Origin: a virus
IMG/VR virus record: IMGVR_UViG_3300028283_000002
Span: 88,666 to 152,665 of that record
Length of the DNA stretch: 64,000 bases
Strand: one strand, 5' to 3'
Shown: piece by piece, positions 9,698 through 18,955 of the stretch
Numbering within the stretch: the stretch's first letter is position 1
Layout of the letters: the number at the start of each line of letters is the position of its first letter
The notes under the pieces: model-generated
What the model was told of the DNA's origin: nothing
The model's database searches: none
What the model saw: only the letters and a program-made list of their open reading frames with translations
Program-made: the position numbers and the translations under genes

Positions 9698-10935
9698 ATG
9701 AATAACGTAATAACAACATATGACGACTTCTTAAATGAAGGATTGTTAGATGATACTAAAGCTAAGATTTTGAAATGGTGGAACAACTTTCAGAATAGAG
9801 ATAATGTAATAAGAAAGATTCATATGTATCTTAACGCTGGTTCGTGGGGAGTCTTTTCATTTTCATAGCCACTCTTATAGCAATGTGGACACCTACTGAT
9901 ATTGGTAGAACTATACAGTCTTTAATTACAAATAACAAGTTAATGTATTGGGCTATTTTTGTCATGTTGAGTAATGTAAATACTGGCGATAAACAATTAA
10001 TGAAAAAAAGAAAAGAATTAGTAGAAAAGAAAATGAAAGAACTCAGAGATATGTTCGCTGAGAAAAATTATACTAGTCATTATTACGTTGTTTTGGGTGA
10101 TAAAAAAGATATTAAATCAGTACTGGATAAACTTAAAGCAGATGATCTTATTACTGATGCAAATATTATTGACGTTGCTGATGTAACATTGGTTGATTTT
10201 TCAAAAACTTATAACATTAAAGATCCAGATAAATCTGTAGATCCTTATGGCGAAGAAGATTGGGCTGATAAAGATGTTGATGAGAGAGAGGCTTTACAAA
10301 TATCAAACGCTGCAAAGAATTTAGAAGATAAATATAAAGTCAATTTCAGAAAAGTAGAAGACGTGGTAGATTATATGGATAATAAATGGGAAGATTTTTC
10401 TGTAGCCAAGAAATTAACAAAATTTGGTAAAACTACATCTAAAATGTGGGACAGAGAATATCAAAGAGGTATAGATAGAGTAAAACAAAGAAGAGAAGAA
10501 AGAAATAGACCACCAGAACCAGTCTTCTTCGATGATGAAGATGATATTCCAGATGATCCTATGGGTGATTATTATTTTAATGAAATGCCAAACGATTTAG
10601 AATATAATAAAGTGCCTTTGACTGACGCCGAAGCAAAAAATTATAATGTCGGTGACGTAATACCAATTGGAGGTGAAGACTATACTATAACTAGAATAGA
10701 TCCAGAAGAAGATGAAGCCTTCGCATATCCAAACAGATTATTACCAAATAATTGGTTAGAAGAAGAAAGAGCTAAAGGCAACGTAAAAGATTTACCAGAT
10801 GGTAATCGTGACGGTCATAATTATCCAAGAGTAGCTGTTAAAATTGAACCACCAAAGAAAAGATTTATGGATAGATTCAAGGACTTTGTAGTTCCTGGAT
10901 TCGATGTAAAACCACCAGAAGTAATGGAAAGATAA
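9698..10935 (+). CDS. membrane-associated hypothetical protein with DPYGEEDW motif; 5' part out of frame
   Basis: ATG at 9698 (MNNVITTYDDFLNEG..., stop 9868) follows TAATATATA and overlaps the 9844-10935 ORF in the -1 frame. Confidence 0.6.
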
Positions 10936-10936
10936 T

Positions 10937-11305
10937 ATGATAAAAGATTTTCAATTATTTATCGAAGCGATTCGTTGGTACGAAAAAGGAAAACTAGGCG
11001 AAAAAGAAGTTAAAGAAGTCACAGAAGAAGTCTTTAGAGTCGGTGATAACGTTGGGCCTATAGATGCATTTAATATTCATAAATGGCACGATGGATACGA
11101 AGTAAAACACCCAGCTCCAGGTGAAAACGGATTTTGGGAAGAATCTAGGGCTTTTAGCAATGAGCCATTAAATCAATATTGGGAAGTTAATGCGGTCTGT
11201 GATTTTAACAGAGATGGATACGATGGTCAATTAATTCAATTAACAGATAAATACCCTTGGTACCAAGCAATGGGTTTTAAAAAAGTAAATAAATATGGCG
11301 AATAA
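10937..11305 (+). CDS. hypothetical protein (candidate internal head protein)
   Basis: N-terminus MIKDFQLFIEA. Confidence 0.7.
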   Translation: MIKDFQLFIEAIRWYEKGKLGEKEVKEVTEEVFRVGDNVGPIDAFNIHKWHDGYEVKHPAPGENGFWEESRAFSNEPLNQYWEVNAVCDFNRDGYDGQLIQLTDKYPWYQAMGFKKVNKYGE

Positions 11306-11966
11306 AATATCAATTAGAGACATAGAAGCAGCCATCAAAGAATCAATGAAAGGCAGTGAAATACAATTTTCAGATTCAGTCTACGAAGAAAAATCTGGCA
11401 AACTTCGCCTCATAATCTTCTTCAATAAACTTTTTACTAGCACCAACGTGGTCCTCTATACTAAACTTCTTTTCGAAGTTGATAAAAATAAAGAATATCT
11501 TGTAGAAAATAGCAGTGGGCAAAATTTCTTTAAATATTTATATGATATTAATTGCCAATATAATATGAAAATTATTGATGATATAAATGATTTTAAGACA
11601 CAATGGAAGAAGATTATAGATAGTAATGAATTTGGTCCAAATTTAAAAGTGTTATCTGAGTTTATAAAGCAACCTTCATTCATCGTTAATGAGTGGTTTA
11701 ATAAGAATGATGTGAAGGATATATCTATGACTGGGTTTAAATATGAACCTAAGATGAAGATAATGCCTTGTAAGATATTATCGTTTCATTTTGTAATGAA
11801 TGTGAATAATTCGGAAGAAGTGGAATTATTTATAAAGAAAGAGGGTAAGAATGATTTTATGTTAACTTTTACTATTAATGGTAAGAAAGTAGATGTAGAG
11901 AAACCAGATTTAAGTGCTTTGGTGCAAACTATTGGAGAAACTCTAAAAGATAATATGGGACAATGA
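11295..11966 (+). CDS. hypothetical protein
   Basis: 223-aa ORF overlapping both neighbours. Confidence 0.75.
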   Translation: MANKISIRDIEAAIKESMKGSEIQFSDSVYEEKSGKLRLIIFFNKLFTSTNVVLYTKLLFEVDKNKEYLVENSSGQNFFKYLYDINCQYNMKIIDDINDFKTQWKKIIDSNEFGPNLKVLSEFIKQPSFIVNEWFNKNDVKDISMTGFKYEPKMKIMPCKILSFHFVMNVNNSEEVELFIKKEGKNDFMLTFTINGKKVDVEKPDLSALVQTIGETLKDNMGQ

Positions 11967-12379
11967 TTAAGTTATTTGAAGCATATAAAAAGAATTTTTC
12001 ATTTGGACATGAAATTGAAAATTTCAAAGATTTCTACGTTGTTGAAAACGTTGGTAAATTATTTGATATGTGCGATAAGAATGGCAACGAAGTTGTAAGA
12101 TACATGACTCTTCTATGTGATAGTAATAAAGTGAAAATAGAAAAGCAAGACGGTAACATTATAAAATTTAGAGGGTACACTTCAACTGATAATATGTCTT
12201 CTGCTTTTTTAAAAACCTTCTGGGACGTGAATATTGAAAAATGGAGATATATAATTTATTTAGTTGATAGTAAAGGTGGGGAATATAGAACATCTGTAAA
12301 CGATAAAATAACCTTTTATAGATCAAAGGGAATAATATCACCTTTAGATCCATATGGAGAGGAGGTTTGGGATGATTAA
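11963..12379 (+). CDS. hypothetical protein with C-terminal DPYGEEVW tag
   Basis: MIKLFEAY...DPYGEEVWDD*. Confidence 0.75.
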   Translation: MIKLFEAYKKNFSFGHEIENFKDFYVVENVGKLFDMCDKNGNEVVRYMTLLCDSNKVKIEKQDGNIIKFRGYTSTDNMSSAFLKTFWDVNIEKWRYIIYLVDSKGGEYRTSVNDKITFYRSKGIISPLDPYGEEVWDD

Positions 12380-12794
12380 AAATTACCTAACATATATAAG
12401 AGAAAATGTTGAATTTGATGAACCCCCTATTAATTTAAAGGATTTCACTCCTAAATACGTTTTTGATTATTATAAAGAAAAATATTGTGAAAAAGATAAG
12501 ATGTTCAGGTACTGTGAATGGACTAAAATGTATGTAGATTTCATATTAAAAACATTAGAAATAGATAAATATATTATATTTAATGGTAATTCGCCAGGTG
12601 AAAGTAATGAACTACATAGTGGTTATATTAAAAAAGTTTTACAACCAGATAATCAAAAAGCTATAATTCATATTATTTTAGATGACGGTATTGAGTACGG
12701 TATGTACCCAGGTGAAACGGTTAGAATATTTGATAAAGAACCAGAAAAGATATATAGAGAAGAAGATCCGTACGGTGAAGAAGAATGGTATTAA
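12372..12794 (+). CDS. hypothetical protein with C-terminal DPYGEEEW tag
   Basis: Probable start at 12372 (MIKNYLTYIRE); ends DPYGEEEWY*. Confidence 0.75.
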   Translation: MIKNYLTYIRENVEFDEPPINLKDFTPKYVFDYYKEKYCEKDKMFRYCEWTKMYVDFILKTLEIDKYIIFNGNSPGESNELHSGYIKKVLQPDNQKAIIHIILDDGIEYGMYPGETVRIFDKEPEKIYREEDPYGEEEWY

Positions 12795-12837
12795 GCAGAG
12801 CCAATTTTAATATATAAAAGAAAAAAGACATCCGCAA

Positions 12838-14676
12838 ATGCAAATAATAAATTTCATAGAACTCCAATATGATAAACTTAGCGAACAAATAAAAAACTGG
12901 TTGCAAGTAACTTATTCTAAATCAGATATAAACTTCAGCGAAGCGTCAACATACGGACAAATACTTAAAGTTGATAAAGAACTTTTTACTCACAATATTA
13001 TTTATAATAAGAACTCTGTTAATCAAATTGCTATAGACTACGCTACTGATGATAGAATCATAGGTAATTTAGCTCGTATAAGTGGACATAATCCAACACG
13101 TCCTATATCAGCAACTGGGACAATCAATCTCAAACTTAAAACAGGTATTGATATTGAAAGCCAAATTGGTGGTTCGAAAATCAAAATAAATAATAGAACT
13201 CTCCTTAAAAATAAATCAAATAGCCTTTATTATAACATAGTTCTAGGTACAGATTACGTTCTATACGACGTTACAGCAGACATGACTATTCAACTTAACG
13301 TTATACAAGGTCAATACGAATCACAACAATTCACAGGACAAGGAGTTAAAAATCAATCATTTAGTGTTAATGTTGATGGTATAACCAACATTGAGAATTT
13401 CAATTTTGCTGTATTTTATAATGGGTTGTTGTTAAGTCCTAAGGTTGGTATGGTTGATATGTTACCTAATGAATTTGCTTTCTTTTCAAGAACTGGTTTT
13501 CAAGGTGGTTTAGATATTTATTTTGGAACTGGTGATTTTGGATTTGTGCCAGGTATTGGTTCTATAATTGAGTGTAGATATTTATTATCAGACGGTAAGA
13601 ATGGTAATATTCTTAATAATAAAGTAAATGATTTCACATTTATTGATTCAGTATATGACGGTAACGGTGATATATTATCAATGGAAACTTTGTTTGATAT
13701 AACAGTAGAAAATGATATAACTTTTGGTGCAGATAAAGAGAACAAAGTTTTCACAAAGAATGTTGTACCTTTTGTATCTAGAAATTTTGTTCTAGCTACA
13801 CCTGATCAATTTATTTACACATTAAAAAAATTAAATATGTTTTCGCTTATCAATGCTTATAATACTCTCGATGAGAACAACGTAAATAATAACACTTATA
13901 TTGATCAATTTATCACTGCTACATTTGGACAGAACGTTCCAAACAGGGATAAAATAAGAGAAAGTTTAAAAGACTTTTTTCCTAACATTTATGATAACGT
14001 TATTTATTTATATTTAATACCAAACGTTAAAAATTATTTTGTTAGTGATTATAATTACTTCACAATACCTTTTGACGCTTTTTATCTTGATGCTAACGAA
14101 AAGAAAAAAGTAATGGATTATCTAAGACAAATGGGAACTTTATCTATTACAACCAATGTTAAGATAGTTGATCCTGTTATCTCAAGATATGTTATAAATG
14201 TTTACGTAAGAAGATTTAGTGACGACTTTGAAGATAATATTAGAAATAAAATAATTGGTATTGTATCTGATTATTTTATCAATGTAAATAGATATGATAG
14301 AATAGTTAAAGCTGATTTAATTACAAAAATAAAAGAGCAAGTGTCTGGCGTTGATAGTGTTAACTTAGATTTTATTTGTAAAAAGAACGAAGATTATCAC
14401 AGAGATCGTAATATTAATGTAGTTAACGCAAATGTAGCGAACACGAACGATCCGACTTTGTTAGCTCCTCCGACCCCAGTGAATCCAGATAGGTATGACC
14501 CAAATAAAGTTTTGGGATTAGATCCAGTTCAAGGAGATATAGTAGCTGATAAGACTGAGTTTGCTGTATTAAGAGGTGGTTGGTACGATAGAAATGGCAT
14601 TTATTATAACGATGTGCCAATTATAAATGGTTTATCTACAATAAATATTGTTTGGACTGGTGTAAGTGTAAAATAA
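12838..14676 (+). CDS. baseplate wedge subunit (T4 gp6-like)
   Basis: LARISGHNP, IYFGTGDFGFVP, YLLSDGKNGN and FGADKE motifs typical of gp6/baseplate J-like proteins. Confidence 0.8.
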   Translation: MQIINFIELQYDKLSEQIKNWLQVTYSKSDINFSEASTYGQILKVDKELFTHNIIYNKNSVNQIAIDYATDDRIIGNLARISGHNPTRPISATGTINLKLKTGIDIESQIGGSKIKINNRTLLKNKSNSLYYNIVLGTDYVLYDVTADMTIQLNVIQGQYESQQFTGQGVKNQSFSVNVDGITNIENFNFAVFYNGLLLSPKVGMVDMLPNEFAFFSRTGFQGGLDIYFGTGDFGFVPGIGSIIECRYLLSDGKNGNILNNKVNDFTFIDSVYDGNGDILSMETLFDITVENDITFGADKENKVFTKNVVPFVSRNFVLATPDQFIYTLKKLNMFSLINAYNTLDENNVNNNTYIDQFITATFGQNVPNRDKIRESLKDFFPNIYDNVIYLYLIPNVKNYFVSDYNYFTIPFDAFYLDANEKKKVMDYLRQMGTLSITTNVKIVDPVISRYVINVYVRRFSDDFEDNIRNKIIGIVSDYFINVNRYDRIVKADLITKIKEQVSGVDSVNLDFICKKNEDYHRDRNINVVNANVANTNDPTLLAPPTPVNPDRYDPNKVLGLDPVQGDIVADKTEFAVLRGGWYDRNGIYYNDVPIINGLSTINIVWTGVSVK

Positions 14677-14705
14677 AATAGAATTAAAATTTTATATATA
14701 GCTTT

Positions 14706-15215
14706 ATGTTGAAAATATATCAAGAATTCTTAGCAGTAAATGAAGAGATGGCAGCATTTGATCCGTCAGATAGATTAAGATGGGCTGTTCATGAAATTAT
14801 GATGCGTCTTAAAGACGGTGCTATTATAAAATTTGCTGATATGAGTAAAGTTTTAAAATCTGATTTTAAAATTGATATCTCAGAAGGAATACTTAAAGAT
14901 ATATTCGACTCGTGGGACAGATACAACGATCCAGATTATAGTTTCTTTAAAAAAGAAGATAAAAACTGGATGGATGCTTTTTGTTTCCAAGGACACGTTA
15001 AACGTAAATGTAGAGATAAACAAAGTTTCGGTAAACATAGAAAGAAAGAAGTAACATATTCAACTGGCAACGCATATGGTTATTGGCGAGGTAATAAATG
15101 GATACCATATAACACTGGTGTAAGTAGAACAGTAAAGGGCACAACTGCTTTTGATGATCTAGAGGATGATAGATGGACGAACCCTTACGGTAAGGGTGTT
15201 TATTATGGTGATTAA
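14706..15215 (+). CDS. hypothetical protein (candidate internal head protein)
   Basis: N-terminus MLKIYQEFLAVNE closely resembles the T4 IP capsid-targeting sequence. Confidence 0.7.
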   Translation: MLKIYQEFLAVNEEMAAFDPSDRLRWAVHEIMMRLKDGAIIKFADMSKVLKSDFKIDISEGILKDIFDSWDRYNDPDYSFFKKEDKNWMDAFCFQGHVKRKCRDKQSFGKHRKKEVTYSTGNAYGYWRGNKWIPYNTGVSRTVKGTTAFDDLEDDRWTNPYGKGVYYGD

Positions 15216-15227
15216 AAAATTTATAAA

Positions 15228-15809
15228 ATGGTGAAGAAATATAAGCAATTTCTGTTTGAATGGGGATACGGAGGTGAAGGTGGTGCAGCTTCTAAAGATC
15301 CTATTAAAGTTAGAAGTGCTATGCTTACAGAAATAGATCCATTAGAAGCCAAAGAAGAAGAAGAAGAGGAAGAAGATAATAGTGATATTCCTATCCTATC
15401 AGATACTAACGAATCAGTTGATAATGAAGAATTAGATCCTTACGGGGAAGAAGTTTGGGACGGTGATTTACCGAGTTATAGTTATAGAGAATGGAATGAC
15501 GGTATATATAGTTTCTTAAAACAATTAAAAAATACATTCATAGATGAATGTCTTGCTGGTCTAGAAAGAGTAGAGCAAAAAGACGCGGAAGAATGGTTAG
15601 ATGATATATTGAATGAAATAGAAGACGGTGATTACGATTTTAGTTCAGATGATATTAGAGCCATACGTGACGATATAGACGATTTACTTGAATTATGTGT
15701 GGATAATGAAGATGATGATAGAGTCGAAGGTCCTGATCCAGATGAGTACTACGATAGAAAACGTGAAGAAGAATACGAAAGATTCGAAAGGGAGTACGAG
15801 GATAAATAA
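15228..15809 (+). CDS. acidic hypothetical protein with internal DPYGEEVW motif
   Basis: Starts MVKKYKQFLFE; D/E-rich. Confidence 0.7.
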   Translation: MVKKYKQFLFEWGYGGEGGAASKDPIKVRSAMLTEIDPLEAKEEEEEEEDNSDIPILSDTNESVDNEELDPYGEEVWDGDLPSYSYREWNDGIYSFLKQLKNTFIDECLAGLERVEQKDAEEWLDDILNEIEDGDYDFSSDDIRAIRDDIDDLLELCVDNEDDDRVEGPDPDEYYDRKREEEYERFEREYEDK

Positions 15810-15820
15810 TATATACACGT

Positions 15821-16078
15821 ATGATAGAAAGAGAATCCCAAATAAAAGAGTTGTTCGACCTTAAACATAGAAAAGATAATGAAATACATCAACATTTCGA
15901 TTACGAGAACGAGTTGATGAATAAGATGATGCCAGAGTACGCCAGAAGAAATGATACAGTAAATGAATTCGTTTTAAGAATTCAAAAATTATTTGTTTGG
16001 GGAATTGAAGCTCAATTAACAATTCGTAATTTTTATAACTATAGCGTGAATAAGTACTACTCCCGTCATTCAAATTAA
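15821..16078 (+). CDS. hypothetical protein, possibly a small baseplate component
   Basis: 85-aa ORF near the gp6-like gene. Confidence 0.6.
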   Translation: MIERESQIKELFDLKHRKDNEIHQHFDYENELMNKMMPEYARRNDTVNEFVLRIQKLFVWGIEAQLTIRNFYNYSVNKYYSRHSN

Positions 16079-16140
16079 TTATAGAAATTACTAAACTTCA
16101 ATATAAAATATTTATATATAGTATAAAAGAAATACTATTT

Positions 16141-17700
16141 ATGATATTATCTGAAGAAGTTAAAATAAGATTAAATTATAAAAATAAAGAACATTTTAAA
16201 AATTTAGGTTATGATATTGATAATAAGTTTATCAATGTCAGGGTTGAACATTTAAATAAAGGTTCTCATGTTATAGTCAAAATTAAATGTGATGAATGTG
16301 AAATAGAAAAAGAAATACAATATTTTGCTTATATAAAATATTTATCAAGAAGTAAGGATAGTAAATATCGTTGTGGTAAATGTAATCAAATAGATAGAAA
16401 AAGCACCAATATTGAAAGATATGGAGAAGATTCTCCTATAAAAATCAAAGAGTTTAGAGATAATAGAAATAAAACCATTATTGATAAATATGGAACTGAT
16501 CACCCTTGCAAAAATAAAGATGTTAAAAATAAGATATTTAATACTAATTTAGAAAGATATGGAGTAAAATATGTCCCTTTAAATGAAGAAATTCGAGATA
16601 AAATTATAAAAACAAATTATATAAAATATGGGGGAGTTAGTAATTTATCTTCGCGAATAGAAAGAGATAAAATAGAAGATATAATGCTAGATAGATACGG
16701 GTTCAAATATTCTTTACAAATAAAATCTATAAGAGACGTTATAGTTGAAAGAGGATTAATTACAAGAAAAAATAAAATCAAAGATGATTATAAGAATATA
16801 ATAGACATTATAGGAACAGATTATACTGTCAAATGTGATTGTGGCAATGATCATGATTTTGTTATAAATTCTTATAATTTTTATCAAAGAATAAAATATG
16901 GTACTACTATATGTACAATATGTAATCCGATTGATAAACATATTTCTGGTTTGGAAATAGATTTTGTTAATTTCATTAAGGATGAGTATAGAGGAGATAT
17001 ATTGATTAATAATAGAGATATAATACCACCACAAGAAATTGATGTTTATTTTCCAGATTTAAAAGTTGGTTTCGAGTTTAATGGATTATATTGGCATAGT
17101 GATGAATATAAGGAAATTGAATATCATAAAAACAAAATAGAAATTGCCAATAAAAAAGGCATTAAACTCTTACATGTTTATGATGATGATTGGAGATATA
17201 AGAAAGATATAATAAAAAATGATATAAGAAGAATAATAAATCCGAATAAAAGTGACATAGAAGAAATATTTGAAGTGAATAATAGTATAGCTGAAATATA
17301 TAACTACAATAATAATTTATACGGGTATTCAACGTCAAGTATAAATATATGTGGAACAAAAGACAATAATGTTGTTAGTATGATGAACATTAAAAAGAGT
17401 AAGAACGATTATGAGATAGTGAGATTGACAGGCGATGATAATTTTGATCAATTATTTAAATATTTTCTAAATAAATATAAACCAAAGAGGGTGGTTGGAT
17501 TTGTAAATAAAGATTGGAGTATTTATAATTTTTATGAAAGAAATGACTTCATGGTGGAAAATGAAACAGAACCAGATTTTCACTATATAATAGATAATAA
17601 AAGGATGAAAAATATTGAAGGAACATTATTCGAAAATCAAATACAGAAAATATATGATTCTGGTAAAATATTTTACAAATTGGAAATACGAGACAAATAA
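16141..17700 (+). CDS. homing-type endonuclease (ERYG/KYG repeats, Vsr/DUF559-like nuclease domain)
   Basis: EIDVYFPDLKVGFEFNGLYWH; CxxC motifs; paralogous to 40867-42396. Confidence 0.8.
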   Translation: MILSEEVKIRLNYKNKEHFKNLGYDIDNKFINVRVEHLNKGSHVIVKIKCDECEIEKEIQYFAYIKYLSRSKDSKYRCGKCNQIDRKSTNIERYGEDSPIKIKEFRDNRNKTIIDKYGTDHPCKNKDVKNKIFNTNLERYGVKYVPLNEEIRDKIIKTNYIKYGGVSNLSSRIERDKIEDIMLDRYGFKYSLQIKSIRDVIVERGLITRKNKIKDDYKNIIDIIGTDYTVKCDCGNDHDFVINSYNFYQRIKYGTTICTICNPIDKHISGLEIDFVNFIKDEYRGDILINNRDIIPPQEIDVYFPDLKVGFEFNGLYWHSDEYKEIEYHKNKIEIANKKGIKLLHVYDDDWRYKKDIIKNDIRRIINPNKSDIEEIFEVNNSIAEIYNYNNNLYGYSTSSINICGTKDNNVVSMMNIKKSKNDYEIVRLTGDDNFDQLFKYFLNKYKPKRVVGFVNKDWSIYNFYERNDFMVENETEPDFHYIIDNKRMKNIEGTLFENQIQKIYDSGKIFYKLEIRDK

Positions 17701-17732
17701 TATTCTATATATAAAAACAAAAGTTAAACCTA

Positions 17733-18119
17733 ATGGTTGAAGAAATAAAAGACGATAATATACATTTTTACGGCAAAGTAGCAAAAATGCCTAAAAATTC
17801 TAAAGCTGCCCAATCTTATACCTTCTTGGAGAAAATAAAAATATCCAAACAGAAGTTGTGGTATATCTTGATCGAAAAGCAAGATAACGAACTTCAAATG
17901 ATCAAGTATAATAATAAAAAGGGATTCAATTTGAGGGCTTTCGTCGATGGTTTAAAAAATTATTACGCTACTAACGAATCTATGAAACAATATATAGATA
18001 GATTAGAAATAGATGGAAACGATAAATTCTCTATCATAAAGAATATTCCCAACGTTGAAATAGACGGGAAGAAATTGATTTCTATCTTAGCGGAAGACCT
18101 TATCAAATTACTTAAATAA
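17733..18119 (+). CDS. hypothetical protein, paralogous to the C-terminal domain of 54505-55302
   Basis: WYILIEKQ...IDGNDKFSIIKNIP vs WYLLTEKQ...ISGNNNFSVVTNIP. Confidence 0.7.
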   Translation: MVEEIKDDNIHFYGKVAKMPKNSKAAQSYTFLEKIKISKQKLWYILIEKQDNELQMIKYNNKKGFNLRAFVDGLKNYYATNESMKQYIDRLEIDGNDKFSIIKNIPNVEIDGKKLISILAEDLIKLLK

Positions 18120-18121
18120 TG

Positions 18122-18931
18122 TTAGGATTTAATTCTTATAAATTCACAGTTTAGAAGAGACTTTATTTCCATCTCTTTTATGATGTCCTTCGATTTTAAT
18201 TTTCCCATTCCATCGTAGTGATGTTTTTCATCATATTCATACGCGACATTATTTTCAGCATCATAACCGTCTAACCAATATCCCAATTCATTTATATGAA
18301 ATTCCCCACCATTTTCAGCATGTTGTATATAACACCCATTTATTTTCATTAAATTGTTAAAATATTGACACGCTATTGGATTATAGTTTGGTATAATTTG
18401 ACCAAATTTGGATTCTATCTCTTTAATTCTAGATAACCTCATTTTCATTTTACTTTCGGTTGTATGAAATTGACCTGTTTTAGTCGATGATATTTTTTCC
18501 TTATGTTCGTTAGTTAAAATTTTTCCTTTATTTCCTTTTGATATTTTCAATTTTGTTTCATCAGACACTTTTCTCCCTTTTTGAGATTTTGACATTTTCT
18601 TTCTTGTTTCTTCTGACGCTTTTTTCCCAAAATTAGGAGACATTTCACCAGTTAATTGTGTTAATTTACCTATTAAAGACATCTTTTTCTTATATTCCAA
18701 AGATTTTTTCTTTCCAGTTTGAGATTTTGACATTTTTAAAAGTGTTTCATTTGAAAATTTTCTACCTTTCAATAATCCACTTATTCTATTTTTAGATTCA
18801 ATTGATAAAGTTTTACCAATATGAGAGCAGGATAAACATTTTCTATTTTTCAATTCAGCTATCGTATAACTCGATTTTCTAGAATAACTAATTTTTTTTC
18901 CGCACATTGGACATTTTCTTATGAGATTCAT
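18122..18931 (-). CDS. NUMOD3-repeat homing endonuclease with PD-(D/E)xK-like C-terminus
   Basis: Repeated SEETRKKMS-type motifs; YWLDGYD...YEYDEKHH. Confidence 0.8.
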   Translation of the reverse strand: MNLIRKCPMCGKKISYSRKSSYTIAELKNRKCLSCSHIGKTLSIESKNRISGLLKGRKFSNETLLKMSKSQTGKKKSLEYKKKMSLIGKLTQLTGEMSPNFGKKASEETRKKMSKSQKGRKVSDETKLKISKGNKGKILTNEHKEKISSTKTGQFHTTESKMKMRLSRIKEIESKFGQIIPNYNPIACQYFNNLMKINGCYIQHAENGGEFHINELGYWLDGYDAENNVAYEYDEKHHYDGMGKLKSKDIIKEMEIKSLLNCEFIRIKS

Positions 18932-18955
18932 AATTATATATATTAATAATTAAAT

